Assembly: GCA_049472335.1 (NCBI GenBank)
Contig: JBLIRO010000022.1
Span: forward strand, 1-64,000
Direction of reading: 5' to 3'
Length of the DNA: 64,000 nucleotides
DNA from: a bacterium
GTDB lineage: Bacteria > SZUA-182 > DTGQ01 > JAFGSM01
Positions 10,900 to 21,713 of this stretch are shown in pieces. The number at the start of each line of letters is the position of its first letter. Position 1 is the stretch's first letter. Below the pieces are notes generated by a model. The model did not search any database and was not told where the DNA came from. It worked only from the letters and a program-made list of their open reading frames with translations. The position numbers and the translations under genes are program-made.

Positions 10900-12426
10900 A
10901 TGAACAAAGTTCCGAATCCCTTTAAGAATATAAAGGATATAAATATAAAGGAAATTTTCAGCTTAAAGTGGCTTTGGTTGATCTTATTCGGAACTATGTT
11001 CATCTTTGCAGCTTTTGCCCCTGGTTCAGGCAAGATTAACATAGCAGTCATAAACCTTGAGACCTCCTCGAATCTTTCGGCGCAGGTTGGAGAAGAGATC
11101 ACTGAGCTTATACGAACCCACCTGGCTCATCTCCATACATTTGAGGTAATGGATAAGAACGAGATGAACGAGATTATCAATAAACAGGGTTTCCTCAGGC
11201 CAAAGGGCTGCAGGAGGATCGAATGTCATCCTGCACTGTTCGAGACCCATGGCACGCTTCAGTTTCTTCAGAAATGCGGGGCGTCGGATCATGATGCGGC
11301 TCTGGAGATCGGTTGGATGCTGGGAGTTGAGAAAGTCCTAATAGGTTTGGTCAATAAATTGGATAAGCGATATACCATAAGTGTTAAAATAATAGATACA
11401 TTCACCAGGGAAGTTGATGTCGCTGATCAGATTTCCTTCCATTACAAGATCCACGATCTTGAGATGCGCATTGAAGAATTAGCCGCACGCCTTTCCGAGA
11501 AGATCTCGATACTGGAAAACGACATGGTGATCCCTGGAAATGGGGGTGCAGATCACAAGGTGAATGGAAAGATAAAAAAACTCGATCTGGAAGATTACGG
11601 CGAGATCAAGGATATGAAGGATTTTATGAATGTTGTGCAGGAAAAGATAAGGGATAAGGATTCCCCTGATAATTTAAATAAAGGTGATCAGCATAAACCC
11701 GTTGAAAGCGGGTCCGATAAATTGGACCTGGGCATGCTGGAGGAGATGGCCTTTATACCTGCCGGGTCTTTTAGGATGGGCTCTGATGAATTTTCTGGAG
11801 AAGGTCCTGCTCGTGATGTCTATTTGGATGCCTTCTTTATAGACAAATATGAGGTTACGAACGCACAATACGAAATCTTTTGGAAGTCGACAGGTCGTCG
11901 CCCGCCGCTTAATTGGGGAAAGCCCGGCTTTAACGGACCCCTTCAGCCGGTTACCGGAGTTAGCTGGCAAGATGCTGCTGATTATGCCTCCTGGGCCGGT
12001 AAAAGGCTCCCTACTGAAGCGGAATGGGAAAAGGCCGCACGCGGAACCGATAACCTGATATATCCGTGGGGGAATAAATGGGAGGAAGGAAGATGCCGGT
12101 CAAACAGTAAAGATCCTTCTTCAGACCTGGCCCGGGTGGGGAGTTACCCTAAGGGTGTGAGCCCTTTCGGATGTCATGATATGGCCGGGAATGCATGGGA
12201 ATGGTGTTCCGACTGGTTTATGACGGATTATTATAGCCAGGCAGAAAATCGAAACCCAAAAGGTCCTCAAGATGGTTCCTGGCATGTATTGAGAGGGGGA
12301 GGATGGGAGAGTGCCCCGGATGAATTAAGAACCTCTTTCAGACAGGGTGGATGTCCGGGGGGCGGATATCGATGCGCAGGATTCAGATGCGTCAAGGATA
12401 AGGGAGATTCGGGGGAAGGGCAGTGA
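10900..12426 (+). CDS. Exported protein: CsgG/TolB-N-like N-terminal domain plus formylglycine-generating-enzyme (SUMF1)-like domain
   Basis: N-terminal TM/signal, IAVINLE...AALEIG segment; FRMGS, EVTNAQY, RLPTEAEWEKAARG, DMAGNAWEW, RGG and GFRC motifs. Confidence 0.8.
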   Translation: MNKVPNPFKNIKDINIKEIFSLKWLWLILFGTMFIFAAFAPGSGKINIAVINLETSSNLSAQVGEEITELIRTHLAHLHTFEVMDKNEMNEIINKQGFLRPKGCRRIECHPALFETHGTLQFLQKCGASDHDAALEIGWMLGVEKVLIGLVNKLDKRYTISVKIIDTFTREVDVADQISFHYKIHDLEMRIEELAARLSEKISILENDMVIPGNGGADHKVNGKIKKLDLEDYGEIKDMKDFMNVVQEKIRDKDSPDNLNKGDQHKPVESGSDKLDLGMLEEMAFIPAGSFRMGSDEFSGEGPARDVYLDAFFIDKYEVTNAQYEIFWKSTGRRPPLNWGKPGFNGPLQPVTGVSWQDAADYASWAGKRLPTEAEWEKAARGTDNLIYPWGNKWEEGRCRSNSKDPSSDLARVGSYPKGVSPFGCHDMAGNAWEWCSDWFMTDYYSQAENRNPKGPQDGSWHVLRGGGWESAPDELRTSFRQGGCPGGGYRCAGFRCVKDKGDSGEGQ

Positions 12427-13385
12427 AAGATATTTTAGAGCAGGCAAGGGAGGTTTTAGATCTGGAAGCGAGGTCGATTCTGGAGCTTAAAGAGAGGCTG
12501 GATGACAGTTTTACAAAGGCTGTAGATTTGATCTATAACTCAAAGGGCAGGGTAGTGGTTACAGGGATGGGCAAGTCAGGCCTTATCTGTAAAAAGATTG
12601 CCGCTACTCTTGCAAGCACCGGTACACCCGCATTTTTCCTGCATCCTGCTGATGCCTTGCATGGTGACCTGGGTATGATGGTCCGCGGGGATGTTGTACT
12701 AGCAATGTCACGTAGCGGAGAAACAGATGAGATAAAAAGCCTTATCCCCTTTATAAAAAGATTCGGTCTTTCTCTTATATGTATAACCAGTAATCCTAAA
12801 TCTACCCTGGCAAGGAATAGCGACTGCTTTCTGGATGCCTCTTTCCGGAAAGAGGCATGTCCTTTTGACCTGGTGCCTACCGTAAGCACAACAGTTTCAC
12901 TCGCGCTCGGAGATGCTCTAGCCATAGCCCTGCTGTCTAAGAGGGGATTCAGGGAAGAGGACTTTGCGGTTTTTCACCCGGGAGGGTCCCTGGGACGACG
13001 GCTCACCAGGGTAGGTGACCTTATGCACAAATGTAATGAGATCCCCGTTGTGCAGTTGGACCAGTCTATGAAGGAGGCGCTTTATGAAATGACCATCAAG
13101 CGGCTGGGAATGACATGCGTGGTGGATAATGAGGGAAAACTGGCAGGTCTTATAACAGACGGGGATCTGAGAAGATTGCTGGAAAAGTATGATAACTTGT
13201 TGAATAAGAAAGTAAAAGAAGTGATGACTCTTAATCCGAAGACTATTTCACAAGATGAGATTGCGGCCAAGGCAGTAGAAATTATGGAAAGATACGCTAT
13301 TACCTCTCTTATTTGTGATGATGAGGGGAAAAGACCAATAGGTGTCATACACCTTCATGATCTCTTGAAGGCCGGTGTGGTATGA
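12423..13385 (+). CDS. kdsD: Arabinose-5-phosphate isomerase (SIS + 2 CBS)
   Basis: VTGMGKSG, HGDLG and FHPGGSLG motifs, CBS pair. Confidence 0.95.
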   Translation: MKDILEQAREVLDLEARSILELKERLDDSFTKAVDLIYNSKGRVVVTGMGKSGLICKKIAATLASTGTPAFFLHPADALHGDLGMMVRGDVVLAMSRSGETDEIKSLIPFIKRFGLSLICITSNPKSTLARNSDCFLDASFRKEACPFDLVPTVSTTVSLALGDALAIALLSKRGFREEDFAVFHPGGSLGRRLTRVGDLMHKCNEIPVVQLDQSMKEALYEMTIKRLGMTCVVDNEGKLAGLITDGDLRRLLEKYDNLLNKKVKEVMTLNPKTISQDEIAAKAVEIMERYAITSLICDDEGKRPIGVIHLHDLLKAGVV

Positions 13386-13903
13386 AAATGGAGCCTGTTT
13401 CAAAAGATGCCCTTAAAGAAAAGGCATCCCGCATAAAACTCATACTTCTGGACGTGGATGGTACATTGACAGATGGTCAACTTATATTGGGACCTGCCGG
13501 TGAGATATATAAATCTTTTAATGTCAAAGACGGGCTAGGTATCCATTTGGCCCAAAAGGAGGGTATAGAGATCGGCCTGATAAGCGGCAGGTGGTCCCGG
13601 ATAGTGGAGGACAGGGCCAAGGAACTGGAGATCCTTCACGTATGGCAATGTGTTAAGGATAAATGCGCCCTTTTCAAAGAAATTCTGAATCAGTTTGATT
13701 TAAATGCTGAAGAAGTAGCTTTTATGGGAGACGATCTGAATGATTTGCCCCTTTTAAAACATGTCGGATTTTCCGCCGCTACAGGTGACGCAGTTTATGA
13801 AGTCCAGGATTCGGTTGATTATATAGCACAAAGGGATGGAGGAAAAGGTGCGGTAAGGGAATTTATAGATTTTATTAGGTCAACAAGGGACAAAGGTATT
13901 TGA
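13382..13903 (+). CDS. kdsC: KDO8P phosphatase (HAD)
   Basis: DVDGTLTDG, GDDLND and GGKGAVRE motifs. Confidence 0.93.
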   Translation: MKMEPVSKDALKEKASRIKLILLDVDGTLTDGQLILGPAGEIYKSFNVKDGLGIHLAQKEGIEIGLISGRWSRIVEDRAKELEILHVWQCVKDKCALFKEILNQFDLNAEEVAFMGDDLNDLPLLKHVGFSAATGDAVYEVQDSVDYIAQRDGGKGAVREFIDFIRSTRDKGI

Positions 13904-13993
13904 CATATTATGTGTTTTTTTATATTTTACATATATCATACTTCTTAACAAGCTTATTCACTTGTCACGCTCAAGGGGGGAATTTTTGGTAAA

Positions 13994-15019
13994 ATGAAGA
14001 ACATTAATTTGGCTCCGCACTCTTCTGTACCATTAAAGGGAGGACATGGAAATAAGCCTTTCATAATTCTCTCTATAATAGTCTTAGCATTCCTTTCCTT
14101 TGCCTGTCTTTACATTTATATCTCATCGGATAACCAATGGCAGAATGATTTTGGGGCCAAGATCGGCTCATTTTTCGACTTTGAAAAGCCTAAGAAATGG
14201 TTAAGGCTGTCAGACAGCAAGAAAGATTCGGAAGAGAAAAAGCATTTTGAGCCACATGCAAACGGGCGGGAATATGTTGATAATTCTGTCATAGAGGAGA
14301 TAGAAGAGGAAAAATCGGTTTTAGAAAAAACAGACATTCAAACTGCTGGAATCGGAGTAGAGGAAAATGTGAAGCCGACAGAGACAAGAATCGCGGCAGG
14401 TCAGTTAGAAGAAAAAACTATTTCAGTAAAAGGGGAAGAAAAGGTTGTCCCTGTCGAGACAGAGAAAGAAACGCTATTAACCGAAGCAGAAAGCTCTCCG
14501 GAACCAGCGGAAAAAGAAAAGCCGAAGCTGCTGGAAAACGATTCGAATAAGGATTCTCATTATTATATCCAGGTCTGTAGTTGTGTAATAAAAGATAACG
14601 CTGACAAGATATTCAGGAGATTGGGCGATCATGGTTACTCACCCGTCATGGAAGAAATTGTCAGGCAGATAAAGATGCATAATATATATACAGATGATTT
14701 TGCCAAAAAATCCGATGCCTTGGAACTTCTTAATCGTTTAAAAAAAAATGGCTTTGATTCCGCTCTTCTGCCATCCTCCGGCGGTGGATACAAAATTCGT
14801 ATTACATCCTGTTTTTACGTGGAAAGCGCAAAAGGAATTATTAAAAGACTTAATAGGTTAGGATACGAAACCAGCATACGTAAGGAGTTTATGCCGACTA
14901 GGATGTATTCCGTGCTGTTGGGGGATTTCAGTAATTTAAAAGAGGCAGAAGCTGCTTCAGATAGATTGGTTAAACTGGGATATCCGAAACCGATTCTGAA
15001 ACTTAATCCTGAGACTTGA
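13994..15019 (+). CDS. Membrane-anchored protein with about three SPOR-like domains
   Basis: Single TM, acidic linker, repeated YYIQV/NA...L...GY and YSVLLGDF...EA...L modules. Confidence 0.65.
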   Translation: MKNINLAPHSSVPLKGGHGNKPFIILSIIVLAFLSFACLYIYISSDNQWQNDFGAKIGSFFDFEKPKKWLRLSDSKKDSEEKKHFEPHANGREYVDNSVIEEIEEEKSVLEKTDIQTAGIGVEENVKPTETRIAAGQLEEKTISVKGEEKVVPVETEKETLLTEAESSPEPAEKEKPKLLENDSNKDSHYYIQVCSCVIKDNADKIFRRLGDHGYSPVMEEIVRQIKMHNIYTDDFAKKSDALELLNRLKKNGFDSALLPSSGGGYKIRITSCFYVESAKGIIKRLNRLGYETSIRKEFMPTRMYSVLLGDFSNLKEAEAASDRLVKLGYPKPILKLNPET

Positions 15020-15104
15020 CAAGGGCCCTGATTTTGAAGTTTTACTTTCCATTATTTAAAAAATAATGTATATTATTAACCAAAAAGGATAGGATATTTA
15101 AGAC

Positions 15105-15544
15105 ATGGAAGATTTTGCATTAGATCCTTCTATACCAAGAAAGATGTTTTACAAAATAGGTGATGTAAGCGAAATTTTTAATGTGAAACCTTATGTGCTG
15201 CGATACTGGGAGTCTGAGTTTAAGGAGATAAAACCTGCCAAAAATCGTTTTGGTCAAAGGGTATACAGACAGAAAGATCTGATTGTGTTGCAGAGGGTAA
15301 AAGAGCTGCTTTATAAGGAAAAATTCACCATTGCCGGGGCTAAAAAGCAATTGGCTTTTGAAAAAGCGGCTCGTCAAAAGAAAGCCCAGGAACAGCCGGT
15401 AAATCAGAAAAAAATTAAAGAAACTAATTCTTCGGAAAAAGACCGTAACGCATATATCCATCTGTTACGCGAACAAAAAGGGCAGCTTCAGGAAATCCTA
15501 AAGATTATTAAAACCGGAATAGAGATCAAGACAGAAAAGGAGGT

Positions 15545-15554
<10 letters not shown>
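15105..15554 (+). CDS. MerR-family HTH regulator
   Basis: YKIGDVS...[10 protein letters not shown]...RVYRQKD...FTIAGAK; family typically found just before tRNA-Pro. Confidence 0.88.
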
Positions 15555-15623
<69 letters not shown>

Positions 15624-15723
15624 ATATATGATTTTAATCAGAACGGAATGAATGTAATCCGGATACCATCTGTTTTTTTCTTCCTATATTTTTTGTAAAC
15701 AACGAATGTGAATTTGCTTTTCA

Positions 15724-16470
15724 TTGACATTAAAGGTAAAAGCGCATTTTTTAAAGAACTCAAAATGTGAAAATAATCAGCTTTCAGGAGAAAGAAACAT
15801 ATTGAATCGTTTGGGAATAAGGGACAAAGGGGATTACCGGATTCTAAGGACAAGGATGGTAAAAGAACAGATTGTCGCCCGGGGGATTAAAGACCCGAGG
15901 GTGATTAGGGCTATGGAGAAGGTGTCAAGGCATTTGTTTGTGGAGGAAGCCTTGGCGGCGACGGCATACGGTGATTATTCATTACCTATAGGAGAGGGAC
16001 AGACAATATCCAAGCCATATATTGTGGCGCTTATGACAGAATCTCTCGAACTTAAACCCCAGGACAGGGTTTTGGAGATTGGTACCGGATCGGGCTATCA
16101 GACGGTTGTTTTGGCAATGTTGAGCCGTCAGGTCTTTAGTGTTGAGCGAATAAGATACATGGCCCTGAGGGCAAGACGGCTACTTAGCAGTTTGGGTTGC
16201 TACAATGTGGTTATAAGGGTATGTGATGGGTCCCAGGGTTGGCCTGAAAAGATTTATTTCGACGCGATTATTGTCACGGCTGCCGCGCCTTCTGTACCAG
16301 GGCCATTGGTTGAGCAACTGGCGGACAAGGGAAGATTAATCATCCCTGTCGGGAATAAGGGAGAACAAAAACTGCTGCTTTTGCGACGGGAAGGGCAAAA
16401 AATCAGTCAAAAACAGTTAACTGATTGCGAATTTGTAAGATTGATCGGCAATTATGGGTGGATGGAGTAA
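15724..16470 (+). CDS. pcm: Protein-L-isoaspartate O-methyltransferase (true start probably near 15802-15811)
   Basis: GQTISKPY, VLEIGTGSGYQ and FDAIIVTAAA motifs. Confidence 0.92.
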   Translation: MTLKVKAHFLKNSKCENNQLSGERNILNRLGIRDKGDYRILRTRMVKEQIVARGIKDPRVIRAMEKVSRHLFVEEALAATAYGDYSLPIGEGQTISKPYIVALMTESLELKPQDRVLEIGTGSGYQTVVLAMLSRQVFSVERIRYMALRARRLLSSLGCYNVVIRVCDGSQGWPEKIYFDAIIVTAAAPSVPGPLVEQLADKGRLIIPVGNKGEQKLLLLRREGQKISQKQLTDCEFVRLIGNYGWME

Positions 16471-16473
16471 GAA

Positions 16474-16980
16474 TTGGATTCGGGTATTCTGAAACTTTTA
16501 ACAACTCCGGAGGTTAAGACTATCGGAGTGGCTATGCTACCAATTTTCGAATTGCGAGGATCGATCCCTATGGCACTGCTTCATTTAAAGTTGGCCATAT
16601 GGCCCGCTTATTTTTTATCCGTGTTCGGCAACATAATTGCCATAATACCTGTGCTCCTTTTTTTAGGTCCGGTATCCAGTTTTTTGAGCCGTTTTAGAAT
16701 ATTTGACCGATTTTTTACCTGGCTATTTTCCAGAACTCGAAAAAGAAGCCGATTAGTAGAAAGACTTGAGCTTTTGGGATTGATCCTCTTTGTAGCTATT
16801 CCATTACCAATGACAGGGGCCTGGACAGGCAGCGTGGCTGCTTTTTTGTTTGATTTCGGTTTTCCCAAATCCTTGGTAGCTATTTTTATAGGCGTGTTAA
16901 TCGCGGGTATTATCGTTACATTGGCAACACTATTTGGTTGGCACGTTTTTATCAAAATCAAACCGATTTGCCTTGTATAA
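16474..16980 (+). CDS. Putative small multi-drug export family membrane protein
   Basis: PIFELRGSIP and FVAIPLPMTGAWTG motifs. Confidence 0.85.
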   Translation: MDSGILKLLTTPEVKTIGVAMLPIFELRGSIPMALLHLKLAIWPAYFLSVFGNIIAIIPVLLFLGPVSSFLSRFRIFDRFFTWLFSRTRKRSRLVERLELLGLILFVAIPLPMTGAWTGSVAAFLFDFGFPKSLVAIFIGVLIAGIIVTLATLFGWHVFIKIKPICLV

Positions 16981-17011
16981 TCAAAATATAATATAATTTA
17001 ATTTACTGAAT

Positions 17012-17086
<75 letters not shown>

Positions 17087-17139
17087 TCATGATATTTATA
17101 ATATATTTATTATATTAATTCCCCTATCTTGATTTTTTA

Positions 17140-17847
17140 ATGAATTTGTCCGTTTTCTTTAAAATCTCGAAATCAGAGAGTATCCAAAATGAATTGGCGA
17201 GGATATTTCTTCTGTTTCTTTTTTGTATTTTTCTATCCCGATGCACTTGGCCGGGTTATAGCAGCTATAAACCCTATGAAAAAGCCGGAGAGTTATCGGC
17301 AGAAAGATACCATATATTAAAAAGGGGAGAGACTTTATGGAGAGTAGCCAAAAAATATGACGTACCTTTAGATGATATTATCCGATATAATAATATAGAT
17401 GATGTTACAAAACTTCCAGTAGGAACAAAGATCTATATCCCAGCTCAGAGAGATTTCAAATACGAAGAAGTTCCGGATTTCATATGGCCGTTGAAAGGAA
17501 CCATAATAAGGGGATTTAAACATTCCGGACCAATACTATATCCAGGCATAGATATTTTGTCTCCTGAAGGTACACCAATTCTGGCAGCAGCTTCGGGTGA
17601 TGTTATTTATAATGGAAATCATATGGCAGGTTACGGTAATATGATAATTATAAAACACAGTAATGGATTTTCATCTGTTTACGCCAACAATAAGGTAAAT
17701 CTGGTAAAGGTCGGAGAGAGGGTTGTACAGGGACAGATTGTTGCAAGAGTAGGAAAAACAGGGGATTACGGTGAACCATATCTTCATTTTGAAATAAGAA
17801 AGGAGAAAAAATCCCTTAACCCGAGGCTTTACCTGCCAAGTTTCTAG
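17140..17847 (+). CDS. LysM + M23 peptidase-family protein (NlpD-like)
   Basis: LysM GETLWRVAKKY; GIDI, GYGNMIIIKH and LHFEIR motifs with degenerate Zn ligands; pcm-nlpD-sigma synteny. Confidence 0.88.
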   Translation: MNLSVFFKISKSESIQNELARIFLLFLFCIFLSRCTWPGYSSYKPYEKAGELSAERYHILKRGETLWRVAKKYDVPLDDIIRYNNIDDVTKLPVGTKIYIPAQRDFKYEEVPDFIWPLKGTIIRGFKHSGPILYPGIDILSPEGTPILAAASGDVIYNGNHMAGYGNMIIIKHSNGFSSVYANNKVNLVKVGERVVQGQIVARVGKTGDYGEPYLHFEIRKEKKSLNPRLYLPSF

Positions 17848-17874
17848 AACAAATAAATTATTTTGTGATGAGCT

Positions 17875-18822
17875 ATGATCAGTCTAGATTTTTTCAATCC
17901 TTATTCAGAAGATGATGATGAAATTGTCGATTTTGAAGACAATAAAGAGGACTCGGACTTAGATGATATTTTTTCACCTAAAAGGGTTCAAGATAATATT
18001 TTTGATCCTGTTCGGGTATATTTTAAAGATATAAGCTGTTTTAAAATCCTTAGCCCTGAAGAGGAATATAATATCGCCGTTAAGGCTGCAAAAGGGGATA
18101 AGGATGCACGATCTCAGATGATCAAAGGGAATTTACGTCTTGTGATAAGTGTGGCTAAAAAATATGTTAATCACGGATTACCGATTTTGGATCTCATTGA
18201 AGAGGGAAATCTGGGTCTGATTCGTGCGGTTGAAAAATTCGATCCCCAAAAGGGATATAAATTCAGCACTTATGCAACATGGTGGATAAAACAGTATATT
18301 CTCAGGGCGTTATCAAGATATTCAAATACCATTAGATTACCTATGAATATGACCGAACAAATGAACCTCTTTTTAAGGGTCCTCAGAAACATGATTCAAA
18401 GATTGGGGCGTGATCCTACTTCTGAAGAGATAGCAACAGAGATGAAGATTCCTCCGCAAAAAATAAAGGTTATGATGGATTCCCTGCAAAAAGAGATCTC
18501 AATCGAGGCTTATCTCGAAAAGAAAGGCGTGTTTGGGCTGGATCTGTCATCCTTAGAAAAAAATCCATCTCCAATGGAGTCGATAATTAAGAAAAATCGA
18601 CAAGCTTATATATCTATTCTTCTGAAAATACTCGACAATCAGGAACGGGATGTCATTAAACTGCGTTTTGGATTACAGAACGGTGAGCCAAAAACCTTAG
18701 AAGAGATCGGAAGGAGGTACTGTGTGACACGTGAAAGGATCAGGCAGATAGAAGGTTCTGCATTAAAAAAGCTCCGAAGATTTTTAGTCGCCCAGCATGT
18801 AGATATGAACGAATTATTATGA
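17875..18822 (+). CDS. Sigma70-family RNA polymerase sigma factor (RpoS-like by synteny)
   Basis: NLRLVISVAKKY, DLIEEGNLGLIRAVEKFD, FSTYATWWI and TRERIRQIE motifs; lacks region 1.1. Confidence 0.9.
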   Translation: MISLDFFNPYSEDDDEIVDFEDNKEDSDLDDIFSPKRVQDNIFDPVRVYFKDISCFKILSPEEEYNIAVKAAKGDKDARSQMIKGNLRLVISVAKKYVNHGLPILDLIEEGNLGLIRAVEKFDPQKGYKFSTYATWWIKQYILRALSRYSNTIRLPMNMTEQMNLFLRVLRNMIQRLGRDPTSEEIATEMKIPPQKIKVMMDSLQKEISIEAYLEKKGVFGLDLSSLEKNPSPMESIIKKNRQAYISILLKILDNQERDVIKLRFGLQNGEPKTLEEIGRRYCVTRERIRQIEGSALKKLRRFLVAQHVDMNELL

Positions 18823-18835
18823 TTTGAAAAAAGGC

Positions 18836-18864
18836 TTGACAAGTTCGATAAATATAGTTAAAAT
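18836..18864 (+). promoter_or_regulatory. Sigma70 promoter upstream of rho
   Basis: TTGACA-17 bp-TAAAAT. Confidence 0.7.
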
Positions 18865-19115
18865 TAAAATAAAAGATCCTTTCCGTTCAACTTATCATAT
18901 TAATAATCATACAGCTCTTGTTAATATTTAAAATAGTACTTATCAGAGGTCTAAACATTTCCCAAGAACATAATGTTCAATAATCGTCGAAAGTGTCCTT
19001 TTTAAAAGTTTAAAGATAGATTGAACTGACGAAGATTTGATCATAAAATACATGGGTGATGAATTTATAACCTTCTTTTAACATTAAGTAAAAGAAAAGC
19101 AAGAAGGATAAAAAG

Positions 19116-20372
19116 ATGAACATTGTAGAGTTAAAAGAAAAAAACATCAGTGAGTTAAACAAGGTAGCTAAGGAATTGGGAGTAGAATCTACAAGCAGCA
19201 TGCGCAAACAGGATTTGATTTTTCGTATCCTTCAGGCACAGACAGAAATGAATGGCTCAATTTATGGGGAAGGCGTCCTTGAAACCTTGCCCGATGGCTT
19301 TGGATTTCTGAGGGCGCCGGACTATAATTACCTCCCGGGGCCGGATGATATCTATGTCTCTCCTTCACAGATCAGAAGGTTTGATCTCAAGACAGGAGAC
19401 ACGATTTTCGGTCAGATTAGGCCCCCAAAGGAATCTGAAAAATATTTTGCCCTTCTGAAGGTTGAGGCGATAAATTTTGAATCACCCGATAAAGCAAAGG
19501 ATAAAATCCTCTTTGATAACCTGACTCCGCTTTATCCTGATGAGCATATCCAGCTTGAAACGGAAAACGGAAGCCTGGCAACCCGTGTCATGGATCTGTT
19601 GACACCTATTGGTAAAGGCCAGAGAGGCCTTATTGTCGCTCCTCCCAGGACCGGAAAGACTATGCTCCTTCAGGCTATAGCTAATAGCATTACCATCAAT
19701 CATCCGGAAATCATCCTGATCGTTTTACTCATTGACGAACGCCCCGAAGAAGTTACGGATATGCTACGTTCCGTCAAAGGAGAAGTAATAAGCTCCACAT
19801 TTGATGAACCTCCTACGAGACACGTGCAAGTAGCCCAAATGGTTATGGAAAGGGCCAGGCGGCTCGTTGAATATAAGCATGACGTGGTAATACTTTTAGA
19901 TAGTATTACAAGGCTGGCTAGAGCCTACAATACTCTTACTCCACCCAGCGGCAAGGTACTTTCCGGTGGTATTGATGCCAATGCCCTTCAAAAACCAAAG
20001 AGATTTTTTGGCGCTGCCAGAAACATAGAGGAAGGAGGAAGCCTTACAATTATTGCCACTGCTTTGATTGATACAGGAAGCCGTATGGATGACGTAATAT
20101 TTGAGGAGTTTAAGGGGACCGGTAATATGGAGATCCACCTTGATCGCCGTCTCGTTGACAAGCGGATATTCCCGGCTATAGAGATTGACCGTTCAGGAAC
20201 AAGGAAAGAAGAACTGCTTATTAAACAGGCTGAACTACAGAGGGTCTGGATGTTGAGGAAGATACTGCAACCTCTGACTATCGTTGAGAAAATGGAATTT
20301 CTTCTTGAAAAGATTCAAGGCACAAAAAACAATGAAGAATTCCTAAATTCAATGAACAAAATGGAAGGCTGA
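19116..20372 (+). CDS. rho: Transcription termination factor Rho
   Basis: [24 protein letters not shown] and SGTRKEELL motifs. Confidence 0.98.
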   Translation: MNIVELKEKNISELNKVAKELGVESTSSMRKQDLIFRILQAQTEMNGSIYGEGVLETLPDGFGFLRAPDYNYLPGPDDIYVSPSQIRRFDLKTGDTIFGQIRPPKESEKYFALLKVEAINFESPDKAKDKILFDNLTPLYPDEHIQLETENGSLATRVMDLLTPIGKGQRGLIVAPPRTGKTMLLQAIANSITINHPEIILIVLLIDERPEEVTDMLRSVKGEVISSTFDEPPTRHVQVAQMVMERARRLVEYKHDVVILLDSITRLARAYNTLTPPSGKVLSGGIDANALQKPKRFFGAARNIEEGGSLTIIATALIDTGSRMDDVIFEEFKGTGNMEIHLDRRLVDKRIFPAIEIDRSGTRKEELLIKQAELQRVWMLRKILQPLTIVEKMEFLLEKIQGTKNNEEFLNSMNKMEG

Positions 20373-20670
20373 TTTTTTTCCAAAAAGGGGGCGGTTCTAT
20401 TTTTTTTAAATGCTAAATGCAAAATGAAAAATGCAAGAGTATGAAATGTTGCTAGGAACGCTTTGTTTTTTGCCTGAAATAAAATACTAATTCACTCCTT
20501 TAATGACTTTTTGATTACAGCAATTCAAATTTCGAAGAGTCAGGTTGTAAAAAATCCATTTTGTAAAGAATTGTTATTTTCCATGTTGTCAATTTAGTCT
20601 ATATCTTGTATAATTACAATAAAAAAAACATCAATTGAATTATCATTGAGAACTAAGGAGGCTCCGAATA

Positions 20671-20901
20671 ATGAAAAAAGAGGTACATCCTGCATATCAT
20701 GAGGCAACGATAACCTGTGCTTGCGGAAAGATTTATAATGTAGGCTCAACACAGGAAAAGATGCATGTGGAAATTTGTTCTAACTGTCATCCTTTTTTTA
20801 CAGGAAAACAGAAATTGATCGATACAGCAGGGCGAGTGGAAAAATTTCGTCGTAAATACAGAAAGGAAGTGCATAAAAATACAAAGTCAAAGACTGGTTA
20901 A
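20671..20901 (+). CDS. rpmE: 50S ribosomal protein L31 (Zn-binding type)
   Basis: [20 protein letters not shown] and GRVEKF motifs. Confidence 0.96.
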   Translation: MKKEVHPAYHEATITCACGKIYNVGSTQEKMHVEICSNCHPFFTGKQKLIDTAGRVEKFRRKYRKEVHKNTKSKTG

Positions 20902-20929
20902 TATAAAAAGGGCTTATCCAAAGGTAATA

Positions 20930-21661
20930 TTGTTTCGACATACACCTGATCCCGAAAAGGCAGTAGCTACTGCAGCCAAACTATGTTATTCTTCTCTTGA
21001 TGTCGATGGATTAAAGGATGATGTAGAAAGGTCGGATCAAAGTTCCTTTCTCAGAAAGATCATCTCTTTGGGGCACCAATCGGTCCTTGAACATGCTTCT
21101 TATACCTTTCTTATAGAAGGAATTTCCAGGGTAACGACACATCAGCTTGTGCGGCATCGGGTTGCATCATATTCCCAAAGAAGTCAAAGATATGTGAGGG
21201 AGGAGTGCGGCTTCAAATATATAATGCCTCCATGTCTGAAACCGGACCAGGAAAAGCAGAAGCAATTTGAGTCTCTGATGGCGGAGATTTATGAGCTGTA
21301 TGATCAATGGGTAAGTGATGGAATTTCACAGGAAGATGCCCGGTATATCCTTCCGAACGCCGCGGAAACAAAAATTACGGTTACCATGAATGCCAGGGAG
21401 CTCTGGCACTTTTTCAGATACAGATGTTGTCAAAGGGCACAATGGGAGATCAGGGCCTTGGCTGTGCTTATGTTGCTCAAAGTTGTTCATGCTTCTCCAA
21501 CCCTTTTTGAGAATGCAGGTCCGTTTTGTCTTGAAGGCCCCTGTCCGGAGGGAGAAATGAGTTGCAGCCTTTCAAAGAAAGTAAAAGAGACATTTTCTCA
21601 TTTATCCGAATTGACGGAAAACGAGCTTCTGGATCATCTTAATTGCCTTCCATTTTTTTAG
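20930..21661 (+). CDS. thyX: FAD-dependent thymidylate synthase (start probably slightly upstream)
   Basis: GHQSVLEH, RHRVASYSQRSQRY and AQWEIR motifs. Confidence 0.95.
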   Translation: MFRHTPDPEKAVATAAKLCYSSLDVDGLKDDVERSDQSSFLRKIISLGHQSVLEHASYTFLIEGISRVTTHQLVRHRVASYSQRSQRYVREECGFKYIMPPCLKPDQEKQKQFESLMAEIYELYDQWVSDGISQEDARYILPNAAETKITVTMNARELWHFFRYRCCQRAQWEIRALAVLMLLKVVHASPTLFENAGPFCLEGPCPEGEMSCSLSKKVKETFSHLSELTENELLDHLNCLPFF

Positions 21662-21713
21662 TTTTTCAAATTTTTATTTTAAACGTATAATTAAAATATA
21701 ATTAGGGTATGCT

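Noticed and set aside
12250..12426. FGE/C-type-lectin-fold C-terminus as a diversity-generating retroelement target
   Set aside because: No reverse transcriptase and no template repeat seen in the window
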